Below are positions 9,665 to 19,336 of a DNA stretch of 64,000 bases, one piece after another. The DNA comes from a bacterium HR35 (GTDB lineage Bacteria > Patescibacteriota > Minisyncoccia > UBA6257 > HR35). The stretch covers positions 2,264 through 66,263 of the forward strand of contig BEIL01000003.1 in assembly GCA_002898235.1 (NCBI GenBank), read 5' to 3'. Position numbers and translations under genes: made by a program. Position 1 is the first letter of the stretch. Each line of letters begins with the position of its first letter. The notes beneath the pieces were generated by a model that searched no databases, had not been told where the DNA came from, and saw only the letters and a program-made list of their open reading frames with translations.

Positions 9665-9929
9665 TATGGACAATTTTTTTCCAAACTTTTTTACCACTAA
9701 AAGTTGTTTTTCTTAAAGTTTTAAATTTTACTTTACCAGCGATCAAAGCATAAAGAGTATCATCTCTTCCTTGAGCAACATTTTTTCCAGGTAAAAATTT
9801 TGTTCCTCTTTGCCTAACAATTACCATTCCAGGAAAAACAAGTTCGCCATCATGAACCTTTACACCTAAATACTTTGGGTTCGAATCTCTTCCTGTTTTA
9901 ACTGAACCACCTGCTTTTTTCTGAGCCAT
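9651..9929 (-). CDS. rpmA: 50S ribosomal protein L27
   Basis: [30 protein letters not shown]. Confidence 0.97.
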   Translation of the reverse strand: MAQKKAGGSVKTGRDSNPKYLGVKVHDGELVFPGMVIVRQRGTKFLPGKNVAQGRDDTLYALIAGKVKFKTLRKTTFSGKKVWKKIVHIIPE

Positions 9930-9958
9930 TTTTGTTTAATAATTGAATTTTAATTTAA

Positions 9959-12900
9959 TTATATCAAATTTTCTTCTTCTAAATATCTTTTTCTAAATTC
10001 TTCGCCAATCAATGGTTTTTTGCCGATAATAACATTTTCGTTTATACCTATTAATCTATCTTCTCTACATTCTAAGGCAGCTCTTACTAAAGCCCGCGAT
10101 GTTTCTTGAAAAGAAGCAGCTGAAAGAAAACTATAAGGAGTAGAAGCTACTTTTTTAATGCCCATAAGAAGCAAAACAGCTTTAGCTGGTTTAAGTCCGT
10201 TTTTTATAATTTCTCTATTCTTTTCAATGAATAAATCTTTTTCAATAATCTCGCCAATGACAAACTCGCTATCACCTGGATCAATCACTTTTACTCGAGA
10301 AAACATTTTTCTAATAACTAATTCAATATACTTCTCGTGAATATCAGCTCCTTGATTACTATAAACACTTCTAACTTCGTTTAAGATATACTTGAAAGTT
10401 TCCATTTTTCCCTTAGTTAAGTAGATTGCCTTTGGATCAATTATTCCTTCATTTAAGATATCGCCTTTATTAACTATCTGTCCTTTTTTGACGAAAAGCC
10501 TAAATTTTGATGGAATCTTAATGCTAACTTCTTTATTTTTTCTTGTTCTAATTTTAATAAGCCAATAACGAGGAAATTCTCTGATTTCTGAAATTTTTCC
10601 CTTAACCGGCGAAAGAACTGCTTCATTTTTAGGAGTAGAGACTTCAAAAAGCTGTTTCACTCGAGGCAAATCTTGGGTAATATCTTTAGCCGAAATAACT
10701 CCTCCAGCATGAAAAGACCTCAAAACAAATTGAGTTAATCTTTCACCAATAGAATGAGTAGCAATTAAACCAACGGCTTCTCCTAGTTTTACTGGTTGAT
10801 GGGTGCTTAAATCTAAGCCATAACACTTTTGACAAACACCATAAAGGGTTTTACAAGTAAAAACAGATCTAACTTTGGCTTCTTTAATAGAACTATCTTT
10901 ATCAATCAATCTTGAAAGTTTATAGGTAATAAATTCACCAGCTCTAACTAAAATTTGTCCTTGACTATTTTTAATATCCTCTAAGGCAACTCGAGAAAAA
11001 AGAGCATCGCCAAAACTTACTCCTCGTCTTTGAGCTTCTTCTCTAGTAATTACGATTCCTTCTTTGGTTCCACAATCAATTTCTCTTACTATCACATCGT
11101 GAAGGGCTGAAGCTAAAATTCTAGTCAAATAACCAGAATGAGGAGTTTTTAAAGCTTTATCAGCAACTCCCTTTCGGGCTCCATGGGTTGAACTGAAATA
11201 TTCAAGCGGTGATAAGCCCTTAAGATATGGACTAGCAATAGGTAAATGAACTGGCTCATTAGTTGGTGTTCTAACAACACCCTTAAAAGCTACCATTTGA
11301 ATAAGCTGATCATAACTACCTCGAGCGCCAGCATCAATTAAAAGTCGAGCATTATTAGTTAAAGGAACATTTTTCTTAATATATTCTTCGGCTTTAACCT
11401 TAGCTTTAACCCAAACTTCTTGAAGTTTTAAATTTTTTTCCTCTTTATTTAAAAGACCGTTGTTATAAGCTTCTAAGATTTTTTTATGTTCTTCAAGAGC
11501 TTCGTTTAAAATTTCTTCGATTTGAGAAGGTACAGTTAAATCGCTAATACTTAAAGTGATACCTCCATGAGTAGCATATTTAAATCCTAAAGTTTTAAGT
11601 TCATCTAAAATTATAGCTAATCTTTCAATTCCGTATTTATCTAAAATTTCCAAAAGAAGAGGAATAATTGATTTTCTATTAATGACTTCATTAATAAAAG
11701 GAAAGTCACTGGGTAAGACGCGGTTAAAAATTATTCTTCCTACTGTTGTCTCTATTTTTTCTTCATTTTTAACTTTCTTAACTTTGATTTTAGCCTGAAG
11801 GTCAATTAAATTATTTTCATAAGCTAAAATGGCGTCATTTTCATCAGCAAAATATTTTCCTTCACCTTTGAGTCCATCAACCATCAAAGTTAAGTAATAA
11901 ATTCCAGCAATCATATCTTTATCTGGTCGAGCTTCAATCATTCCTGTTCCTGGTCTTAAAACATTATAAAGAGCATTCATTAATTCTCGAGCTTCTCTTT
12001 GAGCTTCTGAAGATAAAGGTAAGAAGCAACCCATTTGATCACCATCAAAATCGGCATTAAAACCAGAACAAACAAGAGGTGGAATTCTAATAGCTAAACC
12101 TTCAACTAAAATAGGCTGAAAAGCTAAAAAGCTTAATTTATGAAGGGTTGGTGGTCGATTTAAAAGGATATATCTATTTTTAATAACTACTTCCAGAGCT
12201 GAGAGAGCTTCTGGATCCATTCTTTCGATTAGATAGTTAGCTTTTTTAGTTGTTTGGACAACTCCTCTTTTTAAAAGTTCATGAATAATAAAGGGTTTAA
12301 AAATTTCTAAAGCCATCTTTTTGGGTAAACCACATTCATTAACTCTTAAAGTTGGATCAACTACAATCACCGATCTGCCAGAATAATCAACTCTTTTACC
12401 TAAAAGGTTTTGTCTAAATCTTCCTTCCTTACCCTTAAGAAAATCGCCTAAAGATTTTAAAACTTTTCTTTGACCAATAACTATCTTTTCTTTCTTAAGA
12501 GAAATGTCAATCAAAGCATCAACAGCCTCCTGAAGCATTCTTTTTTCATTCTTTAAAATAATTTCGGGAGATTTCATTTCTAAAAGCCTCTTAAGGCGAT
12601 TATTTCGATTGATGATTCGGCGGTAAAGATCGTTTAAATCCGAAGAAGCAATTTTTCCTCCTTGAAGTTGAACAACTGGACGAATATCTGGAGGCACAAC
12701 TGGTAAAATTGTCAAAATCATCCATTCTGGTCGACGATTATATTTAATAAAAGCATTGATAAATTTAAGCTTTAAGGAAAGAATTTTCTTTTCTTGAGGG
12801 TCTGCTTTAGCTAACTTTTTAATTGTTTCCTCCCTTAGTTTTTCTAAATCTATTTCTTCTAAAAATCGGCGAATAGGTTCAGCTCCCATATCAACCTCAA

Positions 12901-13531
12901 AAACTCCAGGATATTTTTTAGAAAAATAAAAATATTCAGAATCAGAAAGAACCTTTTTAACCTGAAGAGAATTTAATTCTTCTTTAATTTGCTTATAAAT
13001 CTCGGTTTTTTGCCTCTTTTCTTCTCTACTTTCAGCTTTGGCTAAAAATTCTTTATATTCTTTTTCAATTTCTTCTAAGATTTCCTTCTTTTTAGTTTCA
13101 TTTACTTGAGTAATAATATAAGCAGAATAATAAATAACTCTTTCTAAATCTCTCAAAGGAATGTCCAAAAACAACTTTAAAGGATAAGGATAAACTTTTA
13201 GATACCAGATATGTGCTACTGGACTCATTAAAGTAATATGACCCATTCTTTCTTTTCTTACTGAAGATGAGGTTACTTCGACATCACATCTTTCACAAAC
13301 AATTCCTTTAACTTGAGGCTTTTTATACTTTCCACAAGCACATTCATAATCTTTAATTGGACCGAAAATAACTTCAGAAAAAAGACCATAACGATCAGGC
13401 TTGCCAGTTCGATAATTAATTGTTTCTGGCTTTAAAACCTCTCCGTGACTCCAGCTTAAAATCTCTTCAGGAGAGGCAATCTTTAAAACTAATTTTTCTA
13501 TTTCTGAAGTTGGTTTTTTAATAAGACTCAT
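9959..13531 (-). CDS. rpoC: DNA-directed RNA polymerase beta' subunit
   Basis: KPETINYRT, Zn finger CACGKYK..CERC, GRFRQNLLGKRVDYSGRSVI, NADFDGD. Confidence 0.99.
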   Translation of the reverse strand: MSLIKKPTSEIEKLVLKIASPEEILSWSHGEVLKPETINYRTGKPDRYGLFSEVIFGPIKDYECACGKYKKPQVKGIVCERCDVEVTSSSVRKERMGHITLMSPVAHIWYLKVYPYPLKLFLDIPLRDLERVIYYSAYIITQVNETKKKEILEEIEKEYKEFLAKAESREEKRQKTEIYKQIKEELNSLQVKKVLSDSEYFYFSKKYPGVFEVDMGAEPIRRFLEEIDLEKLREETIKKLAKADPQEKKILSLKLKFINAFIKYNRRPEWMILTILPVVPPDIRPVVQLQGGKIASSDLNDLYRRIINRNNRLKRLLEMKSPEIILKNEKRMLQEAVDALIDISLKKEKIVIGQRKVLKSLGDFLKGKEGRFRQNLLGKRVDYSGRSVIVVDPTLRVNECGLPKKMALEIFKPFIIHELLKRGVVQTTKKANYLIERMDPEALSALEVVIKNRYILLNRPPTLHKLSFLAFQPILVEGLAIRIPPLVCSGFNADFDGDQMGCFLPLSSEAQREARELMNALYNVLRPGTGMIEARPDKDMIAGIYYLTLMVDGLKGEGKYFADENDAILAYENNLIDLQAKIKVKKVKNEEKIETTVGRIIFNRVLPSDFPFINEVINRKSIIPLLLEILDKYGIERLAIILDELKTLGFKYATHGGITLSISDLTVPSQIEEILNEALEEHKKILEAYNNGLLNKEEKNLKLQEVWVKAKVKAEEYIKKNVPLTNNARLLIDAGARGSYDQLIQMVAFKGVVRTPTNEPVHLPIASPYLKGLSPLEYFSSTHGARKGVADKALKTPHSGYLTRILASALHDVIVREIDCGTKEGIVITREEAQRRGVSFGDALFSRVALEDIKNSQGQILVRAGEFITYKLSRLIDKDSSIKEAKVRSVFTCKTLYGVCQKCYGLDLSTHQPVKLGEAVGLIATHSIGERLTQFVLRSFHAGGVISAKDITQDLPRVKQLFEVSTPKNEAVLSPVKGKISEIREFPRYWLIKIRTRKNKEVSIKIPSKFRLFVKKGQIVNKGDILNEGIIDPKAIYLTKGKMETFKYILNEVRSVYSNQGADIHEKYIELVIRKMFSRVKVIDPGDSEFVIGEIIEKDLFIEKNREIIKNGLKPAKAVLLLMGIKKVASTPYSFLSAASFQETSRALVRAALECREDRLIGINENVIIGKKPLIGEEFRKRYLEEENLI

Positions 13532-16500
13532 GATTGTTTAACTTCTCCGCCTTGGGGTTCTGTTTTTTTGACCTCCAATTGAGAAGGAACTGGTTGAATT
13601 TTTTCTGGTTTTTCTCGGTAATGAATTTCAATATTAAGGCCAAGACCTCTAAGCTCGTTAATCAACACAAGGAAAATATTAGGAAAAGAAGAGTAATTAA
13701 TATCCTCTCCCTTAATAATACTTTCATAAGCTACCATTCTTCCCTTAACATCATCTGATTTAATAGTTAAAATTTCGTGTAAATTTTCAGTTGCTCCATG
13801 AGCTTCAATTGCCCACATCTCCATTTCTCCAATTCGTTGCCCACCAAATCGAGCCTTACCTCCTAATGGTTGTTGAGTAATTAAAGAATAAGGACCAACT
13901 GAGCGAGCATGAATTTTATCTTCAACCATATGGACTAACTTCATCACTGTCATATAACCAACTAAAACTTTTTGAGGGAATTTTTCACCAGTTAAACCAT
14001 CATAAACATTGACTTTACCATCATCTGGTAAACCAGCTTTTTTAAGTTCTTGAGCTATTTCTTCTAGGGTTAAATTAGCAAAAGGGGAAACAATAGCGTA
14101 ATAACCATTAGCTTTAGCAGCTGCTCCTAAAAGGGTTTCTAAGATTTGACCTAAGTTCATTCGGGAAATTACTCCTACAGGATTAAAAATTATGTCTAAT
14201 CGTCTACCATCAGCTAAAAAGGGCATATCTTCTTCTTTAGCAATTAAAGAAATTACTCCTTTATTTCCATGTCGATTAGCTAGCTTATCTCCTATTTGAA
14301 TTTTTCGAAGTTTAGCTATTTTTACAAAAACCCTTTTAATTACTCCTGGTTCAGAAATCTCACCCTTAGCTCTCTCTAAAATCCTTATGCCAATCACTCT
14401 TCCTTCTTTACCTGGTTCAAGATAAAGAGAGGTATCTTTAACATCGCTTACCTTTTCACCAAAAATGCTCCTTAAAAGTTTTTCTTCAGGTGTTAAAGTT
14501 TCTGTTTTCTTAGGAGTAATTTTACCAACTAAAATATCACCAGCTTTGACATAGGTTCCAATTCTTACTATTCCATCAACATCAAGATTAGCTAATTTTT
14601 CTGGAGGAACACCTGGGATATCATTAGTAGTAATTTCTCTTCCCAATTTAGTATCAACAACATCAACAAAAAATTCTTCAATATAAATAGAAGAGAAAAA
14701 GTCTTCTTTTAAAAGCCTTTCGGAAATAATAATAGCATCTTCAAAGTTATAACCATACCAAGGCAAAAAGCCAACAAGTAAATTTTGACCAAGAGCTAAA
14801 TAACCGTCTTTAATTCCCGGACCATCAGTTAAAATATCTCCTTTTTTAACTTTTTCTCCTAATTTAACCCTTGGTTTTTGATTGTAACAAGTATATTTTG
14901 AAGTCATTTCGAATTTCTTTAATTGATAAACAACTTTTTTGCCTTTATCAGTTTCAATAGTAATATGGTCGGCATCAACTTCAATTACTTTTCCATCTAC
15001 TTCGGAAACTAAAACTCTTCCTGATTCTTCAGCTGCTTTTGCTTCTAAACCAGTCATTACCAAAGGAATTTCTGGTTTAATTAAAGGCACAGCTTGTTTT
15101 TGCATATTTGTTCCCATTTGAAGTCTATTAGCATCATCATGATTACCAAAGGGTATTAAAGAAGTAGAAAGAGAAAAGGCTTGAAATGGACTAACATCAA
15201 TTAAAGTAACTTCCTCTTTTCTGACTAAAACAGCTTCTCCATTAAATCGTGCTTCAACTATTTCGTCTAAGATATTTCCTCGAGAATCAATTCTTACATT
15301 TCTTGAAGCGATAATTTCATCTTTTTCCTGATCATAAGTTAGCCAGACAAGTTCATCGGTTACTTTTCCGTTTTTTACTCTCAAATAAGGAGTTTCCAAA
15401 AACCCAAATTCATTTCGGCGAGCATACAAAGCTTTGCTTAATTTTATTCCTACAGATTGACCTTCATGAGGAGTATGGATAGGACAAATTCTTCCATAAT
15501 GAGAAGGATGGACATCTCTTACTTCTAAACTAGCTCTTTCTTTACTTACTCCACCAGGACCAGCTGCGGTAATTACTCTTTTATTTTCTATCTCTGAAAG
15601 CGGTGAAGTTTGGTCTAAAATTTGCGAGAGTCTTGAAGTGTTAAAAAATTCTAAAATGGTATTTGAAAATCTTCGAGGATGAATTATTTGGGAAAGAGCT
15701 ATTTCTTCGGTTTTGCTTACTGAACTCATTTTATCTTGAATGTCTCGGCGCAATCGAGAAAGAGCAATTCGAACTTGATTTTCTAAAAGCTCTCCCAAGT
15801 CTCTTATTCTTCGATTGTAAAGAGCGTCAACATCGTCTTTGGTAGCTAAGGGGTCATGTTGAAGTCTTAAAATTTCTTTAACTATTTCTAAAATATCTTC
15901 TTTTTCTAAAACTAAGGAGTTGGAGTTTCGTTTGAGTCTTCTATTTAGATGGAATCTACCAACTCGAGAAAGATTATATCTTTGAGGATTTAAAAAGGTT
16001 GATTCAAAATAAAAAACAGCATTATCATAGGTGTTTGGTTCAATTGGCTTCATTTTTCGATGAATTTCTAAAAGAGCCTCTTCTCTATTTTCAGTTTTAT
16101 CTCTCTTTAAAGTTAAAGTAACAATTGGAAATTCTTCGCTTTCAGAATTTTTTAAAGCTTCAAAAATTTCTTCATTAGTTTCAAAACCAAAAGCTTTTAA
16201 AATAACTGAAAAGGGAAATTTTTTTCTTCTATCAACTCTTACTTGTAAGATGTTAGTTGCTTCTACTTGAAACTCAAGCCAGGCACCTTGATGAGGAATA
16301 ACTTTAGCTCCAAAATTTCTTCTTTCTCCATACAAAACAAAATCAAAATATACTCCGGGGGATCTTAAAAGTTGATTAACAATTACCCTTTCATGTCCGT
16401 TAATAATAAATGAACCTCGAGAAGTAATTATTGGTAAATCGCCAAAATATATTTTCTGAATTTTTTCTTCTTTAGTTACTAAGTTTGTAAGTTTTAAAGT

Positions 16501-16752
16501 CACTCTCAAGGGAGCATCATAGTTAACTCCATAATAAACAGCTTCTTCTTCAGTCATTTTTGGCTCTCCTATTTCTAAATCAACAAAATCTAGTTTCAAT
16601 TCCTTTCCAGAATAATCATAAATAGGAAAAAATTCGCTAAAGGCTCTTTTTAAATCAGTTTCTAAAAATCTCTCGAAAGACTTAATCAAATCTTCTAAAA
16701 GTGATGGCGGTTCTAAAAAAGTGAATTTTGAAAAATTTTTGAAACTAATCAT
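13528..16752 (-). CDS. rpoB: DNA-directed RNA polymerase beta subunit
   Basis: RDVHPSHYGRICP, GYNFEDAI, GDKLANRHGNKG, QQPLGGKARFGGQRIGEME. Confidence 0.99.
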   Translation of the reverse strand: MISFKNFSKFTFLEPPSLLEDLIKSFERFLETDLKRAFSEFFPIYDYSGKELKLDFVDLEIGEPKMTEEEAVYYGVNYDAPLRVTLKLTNLVTKEEKIQKIYFGDLPIITSRGSFIINGHERVIVNQLLRSPGVYFDFVLYGERRNFGAKVIPHQGAWLEFQVEATNILQVRVDRRKKFPFSVILKAFGFETNEEIFEALKNSESEEFPIVTLTLKRDKTENREEALLEIHRKMKPIEPNTYDNAVFYFESTFLNPQRYNLSRVGRFHLNRRLKRNSNSLVLEKEDILEIVKEILRLQHDPLATKDDVDALYNRRIRDLGELLENQVRIALSRLRRDIQDKMSSVSKTEEIALSQIIHPRRFSNTILEFFNTSRLSQILDQTSPLSEIENKRVITAAGPGGVSKERASLEVRDVHPSHYGRICPIHTPHEGQSVGIKLSKALYARRNEFGFLETPYLRVKNGKVTDELVWLTYDQEKDEIIASRNVRIDSRGNILDEIVEARFNGEAVLVRKEEVTLIDVSPFQAFSLSTSLIPFGNHDDANRLQMGTNMQKQAVPLIKPEIPLVMTGLEAKAAEESGRVLVSEVDGKVIEVDADHITIETDKGKKVVYQLKKFEMTSKYTCYNQKPRVKLGEKVKKGDILTDGPGIKDGYLALGQNLLVGFLPWYGYNFEDAIIISERLLKEDFFSSIYIEEFFVDVVDTKLGREITTNDIPGVPPEKLANLDVDGIVRIGTYVKAGDILVGKITPKKTETLTPEEKLLRSIFGEKVSDVKDTSLYLEPGKEGRVIGIRILERAKGEISEPGVIKRVFVKIAKLRKIQIGDKLANRHGNKGVISLIAKEEDMPFLADGRRLDIIFNPVGVISRMNLGQILETLLGAAAKANGYYAIVSPFANLTLEEIAQELKKAGLPDDGKVNVYDGLTGEKFPQKVLVGYMTVMKLVHMVEDKIHARSVGPYSLITQQPLGGKARFGGQRIGEMEMWAIEAHGATENLHEILTIKSDDVKGRMVAYESIIKGEDINYSSFPNIFLVLINELRGLGLNIEIHYREKPEKIQPVPSQLEVKKTEPQGGEVKQS

Positions 16753-16824
16753 AAAAAGGAGGTTGGGTACTCCTCTAAAAATTTATTAAAAGTTTTATTT
16801 CATCGCTTGTTAAAACTTTTAAAT

Positions 16825-16854
16825 ATTTTATCATAAAAAATTTAGCTCTGTCAA
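16825..16854 (-). promoter_or_regulatory. Sigma70-type promoter for rpoBC
   Basis: Minus strand TTGACA-N18-TAAAAT with TG extended -10, about 70 nt upstream of the rpoB ATG. Confidence 0.7.
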
Positions 16855-16884
16855 GAAGAAATTTTAATAAAAAATTCAATATTG

Positions 16885-16969
16885 CGGAGGGGGTGGGACT
16901 CGAACCCACAAGGCCACAAGGGCCACCGGTTTTCAAGACCGGCGCATTAGCCAATTCTGCCACCCCTCC
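16885..16969 (-). tRNA. tRNA-Ser(TGA)
   Basis: GGAGGGG acceptor, anticodon arm CCGGT-CT-TGA-AA-ACCGG, long variable arm, GTTCGAG T-loop. Confidence 0.95.
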
Positions 16970-16970
16970 A

Positions 16971-17042
16971 TGCCCCCAACCGGATTCGAACCGGTATTTC
17001 CAGCTTGAGAAGCTGGTGTCCTAACCATTAGACGATGGGGGC
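16971..17042 (-). tRNA. tRNA-Glu(CTC)
   Basis: GCCCCCA acceptor, CCAGC-TT-CTC-AA-GCTGG, GTTCGAAT. Confidence 0.95.
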
Positions 17043-17043
17043 T

Positions 17044-17126
17044 TGGGCAGGGAGGGATTCGAACCCTCACGGCTAAAAGCCACAAGGTCCTAAACCTTGC
17101 GCGTCTGCCAATTCCGCCACCTGCCC
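17044..17126 (-). tRNA. tRNA-Leu(TAG)
   Basis: GGGCAGG acceptor, CAAGG-TT-TAG-GA-CCTTG, long variable arm. Confidence 0.95.
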
Positions 17127-17142
17127 TTAATTTAATTATAAC

Positions 17143-17379
17143 TCACTTAAAAATCCCAGAAATTATACTTGGTATTGTTAAAGCTAAAAAAATTATTACA
17201 ATTCCTATAATTAAAGGCAAAATTTTGGAATGAACTTCTTGAGCACCTTTTTGACCACCTGTCATATAACGAAAGCCATAATAAATCAAAACAATAACCA
17301 ATAAAAATAAAATAAAATTAAAAAGAATTCTAAAAAAATTCCAAAAAATTTTCAAAATTTCTGGCGAAATTAAATCCAT
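17143..17379 (-). CDS. TrbC/VirB2-like pilin (short, no signal peptide)
   Basis: Two TM helices joined by YYGFRYMTGG..QEVHSKI..IIGIVII, the CPR pilin pattern. Confidence 0.7.
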   Translation of the reverse strand: MDLISPEILKIFWNFFRILFNFILFLLVIVLIYYGFRYMTGGQKGAQEVHSKILPLIIGIVIIFLALTIPSIISGIFK

Positions 17380-17380
17380 T

Positions 17381-18043
17381 TTATTCTAAACTAAAAAAGA
17401 ATCTTTCAATAAGTTTAACAATTGTAAAAGAAGCAAAGGAAATTATTATGCCAATAAAAATGTAAAGAAAATTTTTATGAACTTCTTGTGATTTTTCTGG
17501 TCTAGCAATATAGTTAAAACCAGTCCAAACAAGCAAAACAACTGAGGCTACAAAAACTGCTTTATATAAAAGACTAATAGCTAAATAAATTAAATAAATA
17601 AAACAAAGAGACCAACTTCCCAAGGGCAAGGTTGAGGTTTGAAAAACAGAAGGAATCTCTATTCCCCCGCAACTAATACTTTCTGGAGGTTCGTATTCTG
17701 GGAGCTGCTCAGCAAAAACAAAATTAATAAAACCGGCTCCTAAAATTGCAGCTATTAATTTAACAATAGCAAAAGCAAGTAAAGCGACTACTAAGCCAAT
17801 TATTGCCCATAAAATTCTTTGATTCACTTTCTGAACATTTTCAGATTTATCTCCTTGACTCATATAAAGAAAACCAGCCCAAGCAAGCATCAAAGCTGAA
17901 AAACCTACAGCAATTACGCTAACATAAACTAAAAGAGTTTCGAAAATAGAAAAAAAACAGTCAAGAAAACTTTTATCAGCACATAAAATTGGAGGCAAGC
18001 TAGGAAAAGTAGAGGTAGAAATTTGAGCTACCAATTCAAACAT
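17381..18043 (-). CDS. Tandem double TrbC/VirB2-like pilin
   Basis: Two repeats of the [Cys pair]-TM-GFxYh-x-K-x-I-x-IG-TM unit (WAGFLYMSQGD..; WTGFNYIARPE..). Confidence 0.75.
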   Translation of the reverse strand: MFELVAQISTSTFPSLPPILCADKSFLDCFFSIFETLLVYVSVIAVGFSALMLAWAGFLYMSQGDKSENVQKVNQRILWAIIGLVVALLAFAIVKLIAAILGAGFINFVFAEQLPEYEPPESISCGGIEIPSVFQTSTLPLGSWSLCFIYLIYLAISLLYKAVFVASVVLLVWTGFNYIARPEKSQEVHKNFLYIFIGIIISFASFTIVKLIERFFFSLE

Positions 18044-18426
18044 TAAATTTGAAGATTAAAAATTCTAGCAATTAAAACTGAAACTGCCCAAGAAAGAATA
18101 GCTACTACTAAACCAATAAGAGCATACATCAATTTACCTCTAGCAGCTTTAACTTTCTCTTCACTTTCTCCGCTGCTCATAAATGTCCAAGCTGCCTGAA
18201 AAATACTAATTCCTGCAAAAACTACTGCCACAATAGCTAGAATAACAAAAACGCCCCTGGCTATACATAGAATTCTTCCAACCGGATCTTGAACTTGATC
18301 AATACATTCAGAAATTATAGGTATCCTTTCAACTGGTCCCTGGTCTTGAGCTAAAGTTAAATTAGAAGAAAATAATAAATTAAAAACTAGAAGAGAAATT
18401 AAAAGGATTGTAGATAATTTTTTCAT
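18043..18426 (-). CDS. TrbC/VirB2-like pilin (probable major pilin)
   Basis: Signal peptide ending LTLA-Q, Cys pair, TFMSSGESEEKVKAARGKLMYALIGLVVAILSWAV. Confidence 0.85.
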   Translation of the reverse strand: MKKLSTILLISLLVFNLLFSSNLTLAQDQGPVERIPIISECIDQVQDPVGRILCIARGVFVILAIVAVVFAGISIFQAAWTFMSSGESEEKVKAARGKLMYALIGLVVAILSWAVSVLIARIFNLQI

Positions 18427-18504
18427 TTAATTTTTTCAATAAATTTTTCGACCTTTGCTTTAAAAAGATTTTAATTAAAAAAATGTTAAAAATCAAAAAA
18501 AATG

Positions 18505-18903
18505 TTAAAATCCAGGACCACCTAAAATAAACCTAATAAGGGTAAAAACACCAGAAATTATAAGCAAAACAAAATAACCGACGACTGCTTCTTTAATATA
18601 TCTCCAACCTATATCCCTAGCATCTGGTTTAAAAGTTATTAAAAGAAACCAAAAACCACCAACTATTATTTCTAAAGTTAAAACAAAAGGTGCAATATAA
18701 AGAATAAAATTCCAAATTCTTTGAATAATCTCTAAAATACTAAAAAATTCACAAGCCTCTCTACCAAAAATTCCAGGCGGACAGACACTAATTGTTGCTT
18801 CTGTCCAAGTAACTACTACCTTACCGGGTTCTTTAATTTCAAGTTGGGCAAAAACTAAACTAAAACTTAAAAATAAAATTAAAAATAAAAAAAATTTTTT
18901 CAT
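18505..18903 (-). CDS. TrbC/VirB2-like pilin
   Basis: Signal VFA-Q, Cys pair, IIVGGFWFL...IKEAVVGYFVLL. Confidence 0.7.
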   Translation of the reverse strand: MKKFFLFLILFLSFSLVFAQLEIKEPGKVVVTWTEATISVCPPGIFGREACEFFSILEIIQRIWNFILYIAPFVLTLEIIVGGFWFLLITFKPDARDIGWRYIKEAVVGYFVLLIISGVFTLIRFILGGPGF

Positions 18904-19331
18904 GGTCCAAAAATTATTCTTTCTATTTGGTCTTTAATTAAGTCGCCTAATAAAACTATAACAATTCCAACCGGAGTCCAAATAAGAATTCTCCAAGCAA
19001 TAGCAACATTTTTAAGACCAAAAAACGGAGTTGAAATTAAATAAATAGCTGCTCCAAAAAAGGCTATGACCATTAAAATCAAAGCTAAACTTTTAAGGAG
19101 TTCCAAAATATCAAAAGCACATCTTATTAACTTTTGTAGCGCAGAATTAGCTCCTTCTCCACATTTAAGAGTTGAGGCAAAGGGTTCTCTAAAAAAATTC
19201 AAAATAGAATAAAATGGATCTTCTGAACCTCCATTAGTTCCACCGCCTCCACCTGTTCCTGGTTCAAGAGCTCCAAGAGTATAATTAACCAAAAGAAAAA
19301 AAATAAATAAAAAAATAAAAAACTTCTTCAT
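18900..19331 (-). CDS. TrbC/VirB2-like pilin
   Basis: Signal peptide, Gly-rich linker, Cys pair, two TMs in the pilin arrangement. Confidence 0.65.
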   Translation of the reverse strand: MKKFFIFLFIFFLLVNYTLGALEPGTGGGGGTNGGSEDPFYSILNFFREPFASTLKCGEGANSALQKLIRCAFDILELLKSLALILMVIAFFGAAIYLISTPFFGLKNVAIAWRILIWTPVGIVIVLLGDLIKDQIERIIFGP

Positions 19332-19336
19332 TAATC

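Noticed and set aside
16775-16963. 62-aa ORF upstream of rpoB
   Set aside because: Overlaps tRNA-Ser and the rpoB promoter; shadow ORF.
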